A DNA stretch of 64,000 bases from Albugo candida. Taxonomy: Eukaryota. This document shows, piece by piece, positions 39,377 to 51,869 of this stretch. Every line of letters starts with the position of its first letter. The first letter of the stretch is position 1. The position numbers and the translations under genes are program-made. The notes under the pieces are model-generated. The model worked only from the letters and a program-made list of their open reading frames with translations. It did no database searches and was not told where the DNA came from. The stretch spans positions 1 through 64,000 of the forward strand of contig JBDOQK010000059.1 in assembly GCA_040437565.1 (NCBI GenBank), read 5' to 3'.

Positions 39377-41499
39377 GCGTTTGACAAATTTTGAACGCAG
39401 TGGGATCAAATGATTTTTGAACTGAGAGACGATATTTCTCTCATCGACTGGATGTCGCATACTTTCGCTGGTCACAATTGCCATTATCTTGTTGAGTGGA
39501 GTNNNNNNNNNNNNNNNNNNNNNNNNNNNNNNNNNNNNNNNNNNNNNNNNNNNNNNNNNNNNNNNNNNNNNNNNNNNNNNNNNNNNNNNNNNNNNNNNNN
39601 NNCTCAACAAGATAATGGCAATTGTGACCAGCGAAAGTATGCGACATCCAGTCGATGAGAGAAATATCGTCTCTCATCGACTGGATGTCGCATACTTTCG
39701 CTGGTCACAATTGCCATTATCTTGTTGAGTGGAGTGTGAGAAGAAAAAAGTCAATGAAACTTTTACTATCCCCATTCAAGATGATATATGAAAAGGTAAA
39801 ATGCATGACCTGACTGTATGGCTTACCAGACTGCATAAGGTATTGCACTCCACGCCATGTGATATCGGTCTTTTGCATTTCACAATCATATCTAGTTTGA
39901 CGGATTCTTGGACGCGATTTCTTGTTAGCCGATGTAATTCCCTTCGGAAAGTTACGAATAATCATGGCCTGGCAACCGCANNNNNNNNNNNNNNNNNNNN
40001 NNNNNNNNNNNNNNNNNNNNNNNNNNNNNNNNNNNNNNNNNNNNNNNNNNNNNNNNNNNNNNNNNNNNNNNNNNNNNNNNAAAATGCATGACCTGACTGT
40101 ATGGCTTACCAGACTGCATAAGGTATTGCACTCCACGCCATGTGATATCGGTCTTTTGCATTTCACAATCATATCTAGTTTGACGGATTCTTGGACGCGA
40201 TTTCTTGTTAGCCGATGTAATTCCCTTCGGAAAGTTACGAATAATCATGGCCTGGCAACCGCATCGTAAGAAAAAATTACTTCGATTGCGGAGAAAGCTC
40301 TTGTAGGCGTGCAAGGTAATCTGGCTTCCACCCTTGTGTCGATTGTTGTCTTTCAGCGTCCTGATCGCGTACATCCACGAATACGCCCACTCTCTTCTCA
40401 CTTTGTACTTGCATTGCTATGTAAGACACCCGTTCAATAGCAATTTCATGCTGCTGATGTAGATCGCATATTTGAACTCGTGGATTGGGGAGTTATGGAA
40501 GTAATAAAATATGAACGTATCCTATCATCTGACACGGAGCCTCACTGCAATGAAGATTCCTGTTTTGTAAAGCTTGTTTGAGACAGGGTAAGCTTGAAAC
40601 CACGCATAAGACAGAATAGAGCGAATGCTCCGCCAAGTGACGGTCATTTCCCTACAAGGAAGCCATTCACATTAATAGGTACAAATGCCTTTAGGTGCTC
40701 CCGTATACGTCACGCTGCGGGTAATTTGCATTCACATGAGCGGAAATTGATAAATTGAAACGAAACGATCGACTAAGGCAGAAAATACACTGCAGTTCAT
40801 ATCAACAAAAAAGGATGAAAATTGATGTCGCCAGTGGTTTCCTAACGGAAGGAAATAATGAATTCCCGGACCAATGGTGAAAACATAATCGATCAACATT
40901 TATGAAGTCGTGCACGATCATCGCACTAATTTGACTAAAGTCAAGTTAACCTTTTTAATCTTCAAAACGTCTTCAGAGCCATCGCTTTCTCAATGAGGCT
41001 TTGAAAAAAGATAATCAAATTCATTGCAGTAAGCGGAGTATAGCTCTTAATAAACGGCCATGTTTAATTTGGATGTCTATAATCATTTGACTCCCTCGCG
41101 ATGTACATTGGAGCCCGCAGTGCAATGTACGCGATGTGTGCCGACTTAGTTGGAAAAAAGATTGACGCAAATCACGGTATCCATCAAGTAAGCAGCTCCA
41201 ATTACGCAAAATACGTAATTAGCTCATTACGCGTGCAGCTTCTATATCCTTTCCGAGACTTGTTTGCGCACTGATCCCACTGCGATAGCTATTTCTTTGT
41301 GGGAAGCGAAGGGGCTTCACACGAATTACGTTACAAAGTATATATCTGGTGATCGGTCGTATGCTTTTGACCTTTTGCGCTCGTGATCACTCTGATGACC
41401 GATAGTCAACAGATCGACTTCTATCAGCGCTTTAAATGACAACTACTTGATGGACAAACATTTTCATACATGCTATGATACACGCTCACCAATGAAGCA

Positions 41500-44400
41500 A
41501 TGCAGAAAACCGTTGATGATAGAAGAAAACGTATTGATCCACCTAAAAAACGCTCGAAAAACAAAACTAAAATCGAGAAATTACAATACTCATTTCCTGC
41601 GTTATCTCTCCATGCTAATAATCGCAAACCGGCGGTAGAACTGCATCCACAGAACTTTCTGCCGTTAAGTGAGTATGCAAAGGCAGAAACTTATCTGTCA
41701 CAATCTCTTCAAACGCATAAAGGGAACCACCAAGCCGCACAAAATGACTTTGCCAAAGAAACAGCTACCCTGCGAGTACTAATAAAGCGCATGCAACGTT
41801 CGCCACAAGAAAGTGCATTGAACATGGCTTCCTCGTCATACTATAAAACCAGATTCGTACAAGTTCTGCAGCACAAGCTATCGAATGGAATAGTGAGAAT
41901 ATATTTTCGCCATTGGACTAAAGCGAGCGAAGATATGTGGCATCAATGGGAAAAACGAGCAATCGTACGAATTATCCGCGTGTTTCGGAATTACCGGCGG
42001 CGGATTATCCAACAGAAGAACTCGAAACAACACAACATCGTATCTATGCACCCTATTGCTCAACAATTACGAGATCAATGCAAACAAGCTTCAAGGATTC
42101 AAATGTGCTGGAGACGGTCTCAATTCTCAAAAAGAGTGCAGCAAATGGTCAGACGTTCCAGATCAGCCGGTACAATGCAACGATGGTATCGAAGGCTCGC
42201 TTTGCATCGTGCAATGAGATCGTCTCACGCAACTTATCTCCATCGTAATCAAATGGCTGTAGTGCTGCAGGCTTCATTTCGTGGTATGCGTACTCGCAAA
42301 ATCCTTCGTATAAACGAGAAAAAGGAGTATGCTGTAAAGGAGACCATGTTACTTGTTCTGCGTCATACGTCGAGACGAGCAATGCTTCACTGGGAATGGA
42401 CTCGAAATGGAGCGGTTTACCTAATTCAAACTCGACTCGTTAAACCTTTCCTTACTCGACGTCATCATCAGCGACAGAGAGAAGAGAAAAAGGTACAAAA
42501 GGCTATATCTTTGCTCTCAAGGCCTTTGAGACGATGGGTCCAAATCAGTCTCGCCAATATTCGTGATGCATACTCTCTGCATGTTTATACAGCATTGAGA
42601 AAATCAGATCCTTCTGATTTTGTGCGTTTACCTAGAAGCGAATGCGAGTATCTCTTCCTGGATCTGGGACGAATTGCTTTAAGTAAGCACTGGAGGGTGC
42701 TTCATGTTCAGTCTACGCTTCTCAGGCGTCTTCATTTTGAAGGGCTCAAACATAAAGTGTCGGATCGACTTTGTACAGTCTATAAACAAGATAAAATTGA
42801 CGCAGAGGAATGGGAAGCCATAACGCTAATTGTTTTCTTGGGAGCCGTGCGAATCCAATCAAATTTTCGTGGTTGGGTTCAGCGACTCAAGTACGAAACG
42901 AGCAGAATGCGCAAGCGTAAACTAGCAAGGATTGATAGACAGAAACGAATACAAAGACTTACGAATCAAATTGGAAGCTCGGCAACTCCGTACGATATTG
43001 TAAGGTGGGAATTAAGGGATTTGAAGACCGGTGTCGAAGCTGCACGAAAGATACAACGTTTTTTTCGAGAATATAAAGCACAAATTCAAGCTCGTATATG
43101 CGCTTGGAAGCAGATGGCAATTTCGATAGAGGACAAAATACTACGACAAAGATGTTCCACAATGTTGATCCAAGCCAACGTTCGCTACTTTCAGGCAAGA
43201 AAAACTGTCAAGCTACTTCGAGCCGAGAGAATGTTAAGGAAAAAAATGCGTCAACGGTATTATCGGAAGCGCAAGCGTATAGCAATTGCGATTGGTCGTA
43301 TCACTCGCTGGACGACGTGGATAATCAAATGGAAACAATTACGGAAGGATTTACATCAACGACGCGTAAAAGACGATGCCATTTCTCGCTTACAACGATG
43401 GGCACACCATCGAGTCAGCCGTATCTTGTCATTTTCCTCTTTGGCGCTCCGTGATGTAGACACTTTTAAACCGCATCTTCACAGCGCTATCGACAGCCCC
43501 ATTTTATTATCATTGGCGAGAATACAAGCTGAACGAAAACTCTATTGTCAACAAAGCCTTGGGATTTGTCAAGAGAAAGTCATGAATCAGCTGATAATCG
43601 ATCCAATAATTCGATCACAAAACAGCTCACGACGAGCGTTCAAAAAGCCATTTCAAACCATGAACGAGCTCGAGCTGTTTATGTGCAAACATCGCTCCTT
43701 TTTGCTTGGAGACGGACTGGGTCCCCTTCCTGCACTTACTATTGATCGCTCAGAAGGTCCGTCCTTCCCCATCATCGCAATGGTATTTTATTACATTGCT
43801 GGAAACAAAGACCCTACATCGTGGCCGGGTGCCCAAATGCCCGAGTACGCGACACCAAACACGTATCAGACAGAACGAATAGATGGTACACGACTTATGA
43901 CATTTTTGAAGAAATTTCACCGAGTGCGGTCGAACACTAAGAAGCTGAAAAATAGCGAGGCGATCAATGCAGAAAGAGCTCTCTTCTCCATTCCAGAACT
44001 AGATCACGCAGTTACAACATTGACAGGGAATACACCAAATATCGATGTCCATCTTTTTTATGAAATCATTTGTATGCTTGTTGAGGACAATCCATCAATT
44101 AAAAATCAGACCGTAAGCTCTGGCACCAACCACAAGTCGAGGATCCAATGTGTGCGACCATACAAAGGTAAAGAAGCTTGTGTAGTAGCATTTTTCAAAA
44201 TACATCTCCTCCATCTGCCAGAACTCTCTGTCTTTCGACACGCGTTGAATCGTTACGTAATCCAGTATCTGGAAAGTACTGCCGTCCGAACAATCGTTTC
44301 TGCATTTCGGCGTTTGAGAACAAAGCATCGAATTGCAAATTTGCGTAAGCTGCGTCAATTTCTTGCTCACGAAAAAATTCTTGCCAGCAAAGCAATAATT

Positions 44401-46294
44401 CTGCAAAAAATTGCCCGAATGTTTTTGGCTCGATGCGTGTATAAGCGCAAAATCCAAAAGCTTTATTGGAAATACTATGATGCTCAGATGGATGTCAGCT
44501 TTTGGCAAAATCCAATAACAGGATACGAAACTTGGCAAAAACCGGGTGCTCTAGGAGACGAAGATGTTGAGAGAGAAATCATCCCGGGTGCTTGTAGAGA
44601 TGAGAAGCTTCATATGACTTGCCAGAGCTTCAACAATGAGACAGATACGTTGAATTCGTGTAAAAAAAAAGCGACTTTGTTCTGCTACACGTGCAGGATT
44701 TGCATCTGCTCAAATTGCTGTCAGAAAATGCACGAAGGATGGGAAGAAGGAGAGAAGCTAAAAGAGAGCTTTCATAGTTTCACAACCAAAGTTCCGACTT
44801 GGCACGATATCGACCGAATAGTCTTCTGTAGCATCTGTAACCTTCTTGCTGCTACTCGCCAATGTGCTGAGTGTTTTGACGAAGAATTAAAAGAAAGCAA
44901 ACGGAGTTCATCAAGGAGAGGTGATGGACGCCGCGGAAGCGCACATTTATCACTTTACTGTGATGATTGTTTTCGGTTCATTCACCGCCGTGGGGCCTTA
45001 CAGACACATCAGTTTTGTTACCTCTCACCTTTTTGCGATGTCTGTCTGAATTGGGACGAAAGTCAAGAACAAGAATCAAACAAGAGCGATGAATTGTGTT
45101 GTAGGATACACACAAACACGTCCCTTACAAACTCAGTACACTCTTTGCGGTTTGCAAATCAAACATTTGCTGAAAGTTCTATACAAGATTCAACTTGCAG
45201 CGCTGCATCAGCTCAGTACGCTTGCACGACATGTGATAATCTCAAAATTTGTACAAAGTGTGCAAAGTCTAAGCATCCGAAAGAACTATGTGGTTCCCTT
45301 GAGCGACTTTACCCATGCACGCGGCGAGAAATGAATGTAACAATACAGCATCGAACTCGGATAGACGAAGCGAAACGTGTGAATGCAATGCTTGAACAAA
45401 AACAGCGAAATTCCGCAAAATTAATTGAACAGCAAAGATCTCAAAGTGCAGCCCGAAAAATCTACTATTTTCTGAAAAATTCTACACAAATAGCTCTTGC
45501 TCGACAAATTCGAAGAAAAAAGCAACTTGCAAAAGATAGCTTGTGCAGGCAAAAGCGAATAGACGCAAAGATTGAGCGTCATATATTATATCAGCTCCAA
45601 CATTTCTTTGGCGTCGCTAGGCCATTGCCAAGCGATTCAAGAATTCTCCAGGCGCTCCGTCATTTAAATGCATATCAACGCCGGCGTCTTATGATCCGAG
45701 CAAGGCAATTTGGATTGCTGGTTGAAGAATACATTTTTCATGGGATTCCTCTACCGGGAGTTGTCTCTTGCTCAGTGACACAAGCGTCTTCGAGCGTCTG
45801 GCTCCAAACGAGCGAGGATTTACGCGGATGGGTGCTACCGCGCCAAACACTCCGACTTCGGCCAATTTATGCAGCACAGAAGAAGGATTGTCCTTCTGCA
45901 CAAGATATTGTTTTTAAGCCCGCAGTATTGGGGCGAACGTGGTCGGAAGATCAGGAAGCTCAAGATCTTTTAGTTTGCATTGATACCAAACGAAAAATAC
46001 ACGAGAAGCGAATCCCCATTATAAATTCAATTGTACCGTTTGATTATGATGGAAAAAAGTGGATTCATTCCGATGAGCTGAAAGATCATGCAGTCCAGCA
46101 AGAAATAGTCTGTCACGCTTTTTTGGTCGAGTTCTCACTCGATAGCGAGCGTCATGTTTGGCTTGCACCAGTATTGTGAGTCGATAACTTTTGTCGCATC
46201 CTTTACTTTTATTTTAATGCCTTTATGCAGTGCTCAACGTTTCTGGGAATGGCGTCATGACACTCGCGGGACAAATCACAAAAAAAAATCCTGA
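41500..46294 (+). CDS. Large IQ-motif protein with WW-like and B-box-like zinc-finger domains
   Basis: 1559-aa ORF with repeated IQxxxRG motifs (LQASFRGMRTR, IQSNFRGWVQR), FWQNPITGYETWQKP, CxxC..CxxC..H clusters; short last exon after a ~54-bp intron. Confidence 0.8.
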
Positions 46295-47498
46295 AAGATC
46301 ACCTGATATTAAAAGAAAAGCAAAATCGGAATGCCACGGTATCATTGCATCCAGGACGTTCGACTGAGAACTGAGGATGCCTATGAAGGAAGGATGCATT
46401 ATACATGATCGTGTTTTTTATGGCTTTTAAGTGTCGATGTTACTCATTACTAGAATCAGAATAATTGACTTCTCGTGATGCCCGGGCTAGCTTGTATACT
46501 AAATGCACACATATGACGCGTTTCGAATAATTAGGAATGTAGTGTCAGTGTAAAGAATATGTATTTACATTACATCAGATAAATTATAGACGCGCCAAGC
46601 TTTAATGTCATTGAAGACATTCGGTGGATACGAAAATACTCGCTCTTTTCGTAGCATCATGCGAACTAAGGTGCTGCAGGAGGAGCCATCAGAATGAGCC
46701 GGGGCGTGCAAGCATTCAAGGAGCAGAGATACCCGCTGATGTGAATAGATATCGAAGTCAATTTCAGCAACATCAGAAATGTCGTTTGACTTGAACGAAA
46801 TTCGTGCTCTCTGCGCCATCATAAAACTGTCGAAAAGAGCATGTACCATACGCAAGTGACAAACATCGGGCTGCTGACCGTATTGGAACGGATTCGAGAG
46901 AAGCTTCTTGAGACCAAAAAGCAAGGGAAGTTGACATTAATACGTCCGTCCCAGCAAAGAAGCGAAGCCGCACCACACGACTCCTATCTAAGCTATTAAT
47001 AATGCTAACTTATAAGAGACACCATGCAAGCTGACACCAATGTGTACGTTCAAGCAGAGAGCGATCCCACTTTTCCCGACATCACAAATCGGACCCATTC
47101 AAAGCAGAAGGGGTATTCATAAATTAGTATGTGAAAATGATGACATGGTGACCTATTTGCTCACAGCTATATCTAATTTTAAGTCGAAATAGAATCCAGC
47201 ATTACAATATCTGGTGTCGAATATTTCCTACCTACCGATACACGCGATGTATTCAATTCCTTTCGTAATCGATGATGCAACATCTGTATCATCCAGCGTT
47301 CCAGACAGTCAAGCTCTATCAATCTCGAGCATAAGCAGAGTATTTATATAGAGCACAGTTGGCATTCGCGTTTTTTCTTTTGTCATGTTATAAATATCGA
47401 ATGCTCCAAATACTTTTGTAAAATTGTAGCAATCGTTGTAAATAAAAAATCATAATACAAGCCCATTTATCTTTGTGTCACCAATCAATCTCAAGAAC

Positions 47499-48824
47499 AT
47501 GGGTCGAGTGAAGAAAATGGGACTCGGAGAGTTCCTAGGCGAGAAGAAGAATGAGTTAATAGCCGAGGCATCACTCCCCTCAGGACCACGAACACGAGAT
47601 AACGAGGATGGAAATCCTGGAAACCGTAGGAGGGGCTATGGTCGATTTCAAAATGGACCCTCGACCACAGAATCTTCAGATCAATGGCGAAATGAGCGTG
47701 GTGGAGATAGATCACGAATGTCCGATAAACCAGCTCGCCGTGATGAACCTTCCAACTGGCGTTCTGGTGGTACCACAAGCAATGAATCATCTTCGCGATA
47801 TAATCGATTCAATCAAGAGAGTCGACCGATGGAAGAAAGGCCGGCCCATCTGAAGTTAAATCTTCACTCCAATCGAGACGATTCTTCCAGTCGCTTTGAG
47901 CAGAGAAGTGACCGACCTTCTACTGAGAATGTCGACAAATTCTCACGTGCGTTTAAAAGCAGCGGAGATGACCGTTTCGGTAGTCGTTTCGATAGGCGCG
48001 ATGGAAGAGACTCTAGTCGACCTGATCGCGAGAACGGCTCTTTTGGCTCATTTCGGAACCGAGAAGACTCGGATAGAAATTCAACTTATCGCGCAGAAGA
48101 AAGTAGACAGGCTGATCGGAGTGCAAGCGAAATTTCTTCGTCCTTTCGATCGCTTCACGTCAACGATAAAAGCGGAAGCGATGCGCAAAAATCGGATAAA
48201 TTTGATAAAAAAGCCCATACCGCAAAATTGAAAGAAGAACGAAAACAGAAAGCAGAAAAAGAACGACTTGCGTTAGAGGACGCAAAAAAGAAAGCAGCGG
48301 AGGAGCTGAAGAAGGAGGATGAGGAAAAATCAGCCCGGGTATCGAAAGATGCCGAAACAATGACAAAGATTTTGGCGAGCAATAAACTCGGAAATGATTT
48401 GGTCGAAGTAGCAAAGCCGATATATGAAGAAAAAGGTCGTGTCTATGGTGCGCATTTGGTCAAAGCTATTTTAGAAAAAGCGAAAGAGACAGCTAGAAGC
48501 AGTGCCAACTGGATTGCTCCGGAACAGTACGGTGAATTACTGCGTTTTGGACTGTCCGGAACCTCTTCAGTGCGAGAGCAGGTGCAAGTTCTTTACGCAC
48601 TTCAGCTGTTCTTACTGGCGTTTGAGTTTCCAAAAGGTGTGCTTGAAAAATGTTTCATGGCTCTTTACTCATTGGACATCATTGAAGAGGCAGCTTTTTT
48701 GGAGTATAAATATGACGTGGACGGTACTGTGCCTGGCCGTATGCGTGCAATCGTTCAGACTTCGAATTGGCTGACGTGGCTAGAAACCCCAGAATCAGAA
48801 GAAGAGGATGAAGTAGAAGAGTAA
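47499..48824 (+). CDS. eIF4B-like disordered region fused to a W2 (eIF4G/eIF5/eIF2Bepsilon C-terminal) domain
   Basis: KKMGLGEF..LPSGPR; DRFGSR-rich region; AA boxes LYSLDIIEEAAFLEY and WLTWLETPESEEEDE. Confidence 0.75.
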   Translation: MGRVKKMGLGEFLGEKKNELIAEASLPSGPRTRDNEDGNPGNRRRGYGRFQNGPSTTESSDQWRNERGGDRSRMSDKPARRDEPSNWRSGGTTSNESSSRYNRFNQESRPMEERPAHLKLNLHSNRDDSSSRFEQRSDRPSTENVDKFSRAFKSSGDDRFGSRFDRRDGRDSSRPDRENGSFGSFRNREDSDRNSTYRAEESRQADRSASEISSSFRSLHVNDKSGSDAQKSDKFDKKAHTAKLKEERKQKAEKERLALEDAKKKAAEELKKEDEEKSARVSKDAETMTKILASNKLGNDLVEVAKPIYEEKGRVYGAHLVKAILEKAKETARSSANWIAPEQYGELLRFGLSGTSSVREQVQVLYALQLFLLAFEFPKGVLEKCFMALYSLDIIEEAAFLEYKYDVDGTVPGRMRAIVQTSNWLTWLETPESEEEDEVEE

Positions 48825-49071
48825 TACTAACTCTATAATTGCCGCTTACTTTCTTTAAATTTGAATTCCCCCATCTGTTTTGTCAAATTTGATACTACGG
48901 TATAATATGTTCTCTTATCGTCAGATCATATCAAAAATTTGGGAAGAATCGTGTCCTCGAGTCTCTCGTCTCATTGGACAAGAGAAAACCTGGTCCTGTG
49001 TCATACTTATGTGAGCTTTCTATCACTCTCACTTTTGAATACGACGTGTTTTGTTCAAACAAAGCAAATCA

Positions 49072-50541
49072 ATGCAACGGAAGACAAGTCACCGATGGCA
49101 TTTAGCAATACTTTTGATTGCCGGTTTGTTATCTGTGCAAAACGATGCAAGTCTGGTAGATCCTGTTTACTTTACTGGTAACAAAATATTCCATGCGCGC
49201 ACTGGCAACGAATTTCGTATCAAAGGAATGGCGTATCAACCGACTCCAAATGCTGGAAATCTTAGTAAAGTAACCGGCCACGATTTTGTGACCGATGACA
49301 ATGAGCCTGTATGGTCTGCGCATTTGAAAGCAATGATTGATATCGGAGTCAATACAATTCGGCTATACTCCGTCGATCCATCCAAATCACACGATAAATT
49401 TATGTGTGCTTGTTCCAAAGCAGGTATATATGTTCTTATTGGCATGAGTGCTCCATGTGCTGGTTGCGCCATTTCGACAAAACCAGCGCCCGATTGCTAC
49501 GGCCCGCGATTACTTGAACGTGCACAGATGATATATAACGCCTTTGCAGTTTACAATAACGTGCTCGGATTCAGCGTGGGGAACGAAAACAATCTCGAGA
49601 AGGGTTCCGTAAAAAGCGCTCCCTGCGTGAAAGCGTTTATACGCGATGTGAGAAACTATGCGGACAGTTGCTCTGGCTCTCTTCGTGTAGTTCCAATAGG
49701 CCTGGATCAAGCAGATATATTGCCACGATCACTATGGCTGTCGTACTACGACTGTATCGTTGATAACAATGCGTATACCCGTGCGGAGTGGCAAGGTCTC
49801 AACCCGTATGCTCACTGCGATATGAAAGTCACTGATTTTAAGGAAGCAAAGGGTCTTTTGGTCCTCGTAAAAGATTTCAACAGCATTGGTTTGGGGAATC
49901 CTCTCATAATGGGTGAGTTTGGATGTCTGCCGGATGATAACACAGTCGATGGATGGGAAGCAGTACGCAATTTTCGTGATGCAAAATGGATCAATACTGA
50001 GAAACCATTGACAGATAATGTTGTTGGCGGATGTGTTTTTGAGTTTTCAACAGAGCTCAAAAATCGAGTTGACAAAAAGCTGGCCATGACACGTGACCCA
50101 GGCGATTATGGCATATATCAATTCACTCCTTCCACTTGTGACAATGTCATTCAAAAATGCATGCTGAAAGAAAAAGGGCCTGAAGTCAAGAATTTGAAGG
50201 AAGCATACACTACCACACCAGATTCCACCATTAACAACAATACATGGAAGCCGATAAGGACCAAAGCTTTGGAGTGTCCTAAAAGTATCTCGATTGACTT
50301 GCCTCCGAAGCCAGATGTTAAAGACATGAAATGTTCTACTCGTCAACCATCGTGTGATGGGCAGAAGCATAATGCGTTCAAGAAAAAAGACAAACACGTG
50401 AAAATGGGAGATAAACTTGACCCATCGAAAACTCTTGACACCAACGTGGAGATATCAAGCCTTAGCAGCGGAAACAAAGCAGGACTATCAACGATAAGTA
50501 TGCTTCTAAGCGTAGCAATTCTCGTATTCATACTAGAATAA
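49072..50541 (+). CDS. GH72 beta-1,3-glucanosyltransferase (Gas/Gel-like), probably GPI-anchored
   Basis: Signal peptide; FRIKGMAYQP, GVNTIRLYSVDPSKSHDKFM, catalytic GNE and GEFGC motifs; hydrophobic C-terminal tail. Confidence 0.93.
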   Translation: MQRKTSHRWHLAILLIAGLLSVQNDASLVDPVYFTGNKIFHARTGNEFRIKGMAYQPTPNAGNLSKVTGHDFVTDDNEPVWSAHLKAMIDIGVNTIRLYSVDPSKSHDKFMCACSKAGIYVLIGMSAPCAGCAISTKPAPDCYGPRLLERAQMIYNAFAVYNNVLGFSVGNENNLEKGSVKSAPCVKAFIRDVRNYADSCSGSLRVVPIGLDQADILPRSLWLSYYDCIVDNNAYTRAEWQGLNPYAHCDMKVTDFKEAKGLLVLVKDFNSIGLGNPLIMGEFGCLPDDNTVDGWEAVRNFRDAKWINTEKPLTDNVVGGCVFEFSTELKNRVDKKLAMTRDPGDYGIYQFTPSTCDNVIQKCMLKEKGPEVKNLKEAYTTTPDSTINNNTWKPIRTKALECPKSISIDLPPKPDVKDMKCSTRQPSCDGQKHNAFKKKDKHVKMGDKLDPSKTLDTNVEISSLSSGNKAGLSTISMLLSVAILVFILE

Positions 50542-50582
50542 GTGCAGCTCAATCAAGATTTATAATCCAATGACGTTAAAGA

Positions 50583-50914
50583 CTAAATTGAGCCTGAGCT
50601 TTTCATAAGCTCCATGATGCTTCGCGTCTGAGGAGGATACATTCTTGAGATGACTGATTGACGATGTAGGACCTCTGCTTGTTGTTTTCCAAACATGATT
50701 GCTTTTTTTTGTTCCTCAGCCGAGAGTGTCTTATTTTTCCGGAATTCTTCTTTCACACGTCGTTTAGCGTAAGCACGAAAGTTGTACTCCTTCACATATC
50801 ATCCAAATGTTACCCGACTGTTAGTACTGACTAAGAATGTTTGCGTACCTGAAAGGATGCAGCGTCACGCAGCATGGCGCGATAAAGTCGGAGGACTTGA
50901 GTCCCTGCTACCAT
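50583..50914 (-). CDS. ISD11: LYR-motif protein ISD11/LYRM4
   Basis: Exon 1 MVAGTQVLRLYRAMLRDAASFQ, intron 50790-50848, then EYNFRAYAKRRVKEEFRKNK..RQSVISRMY. Confidence 0.9.
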
Positions 50915-51050
50915 TGCGAATGTTTGCTTTTTTTAGAAGGCAATTGGTTAATAGGCTGTCTATCAGTTATTTAGCGTTAAAGTGGATTTTCTTCGATCGT
51001 ATTCTTTTTATTTTGGAAGTACCAGATAATCTTGCGAATATTTCATTCAT

Positions 51051-51578
51051 TTAGCTCTCATACACCCATTTATCAGCGTCTTTGGACCAGCCGGCGACTC
51101 CCTCTGGAAACCACAGCTGAATCTCTTTCTTTGCGGATTCGACAGAGTCCGATCCATGGCAGGCATTACGCCCTACTTCAATGCAAAAGTCACCTCGAAT
51201 CGTCCCAAGAGCTGAGTCAGATGGCTTGGTGGCTCCCAACATTTTGCGAGCTTCAAGAACCACGTTTGTTCCTTCCCAAACCATCGCAACAACTGGTCCC
51301 GAACTCTACAATGATTTCAAAAGAGGACTTGATCAGTTTACAGAGTCATGGATTGCTTCAGTTTCATTTCCGCTCACCATGTATTGAATGAGGCCAGGGA
51401 AAAAAGGTCGACCCGAAAGATCAGCATAATGCTTTTCGAGATGCTGTTGACTTGGTCGGTCCATCTTCAATGCAACCAGTTTGTAACCTTTAGTTTCAAA
51501 ACGTTTGATAATCTCCCCCACTAGACCGCGCTGAACGCCATCAGGCTTTACCATGATAAAAGTCTGTTCACGTGCCAT
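51051..51578 (-). CDS. NDK1: Nucleoside diphosphate kinase, 2 exons
   Basis: [35 protein letters not shown]. Confidence 0.97.
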
Positions 51579-51869
51579 TACTCTCTTGTCAAAAACTTGG
51601 AATGTAGTTGTAGGGTCAGCAGACGCGTGTTAGAATAGTGTGGTCTTCGCACATCACAGACTCCATTTAGAGTAGACGAGTAAAAGTAGGAACAAAAGAT
51701 AGNNNNNNNNNNNNNNNNNNNNNNNNNNNNNNNNNNNNNNNNNNNNNNNNNNNNNNNNNNNNNNNNNNNNNNNNNNNNNNNNNNNNNNNNNNNNNNNNNN
51801 NNAAAAGTAGGAACAAAAGATAGACACAAAATAGACACTTTGCGTATCAATTTACTGGGTCGAATTAGG

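Noticed and set aside
39425..39735. Perfect ~60-bp palindrome (possible hairpin RNA or MITE)
   Set aside because: It lies at a contig end beside a gap and pivots on the short inverted repeat GAGAGA..TCTCTC, which fits a fold-back chimeric read. Long reads would settle it.
46565..46976. Minus-strand ORFs of 119 and 67 aa
   Set aside because: No recognisable domain and no clear ATG or splice model.
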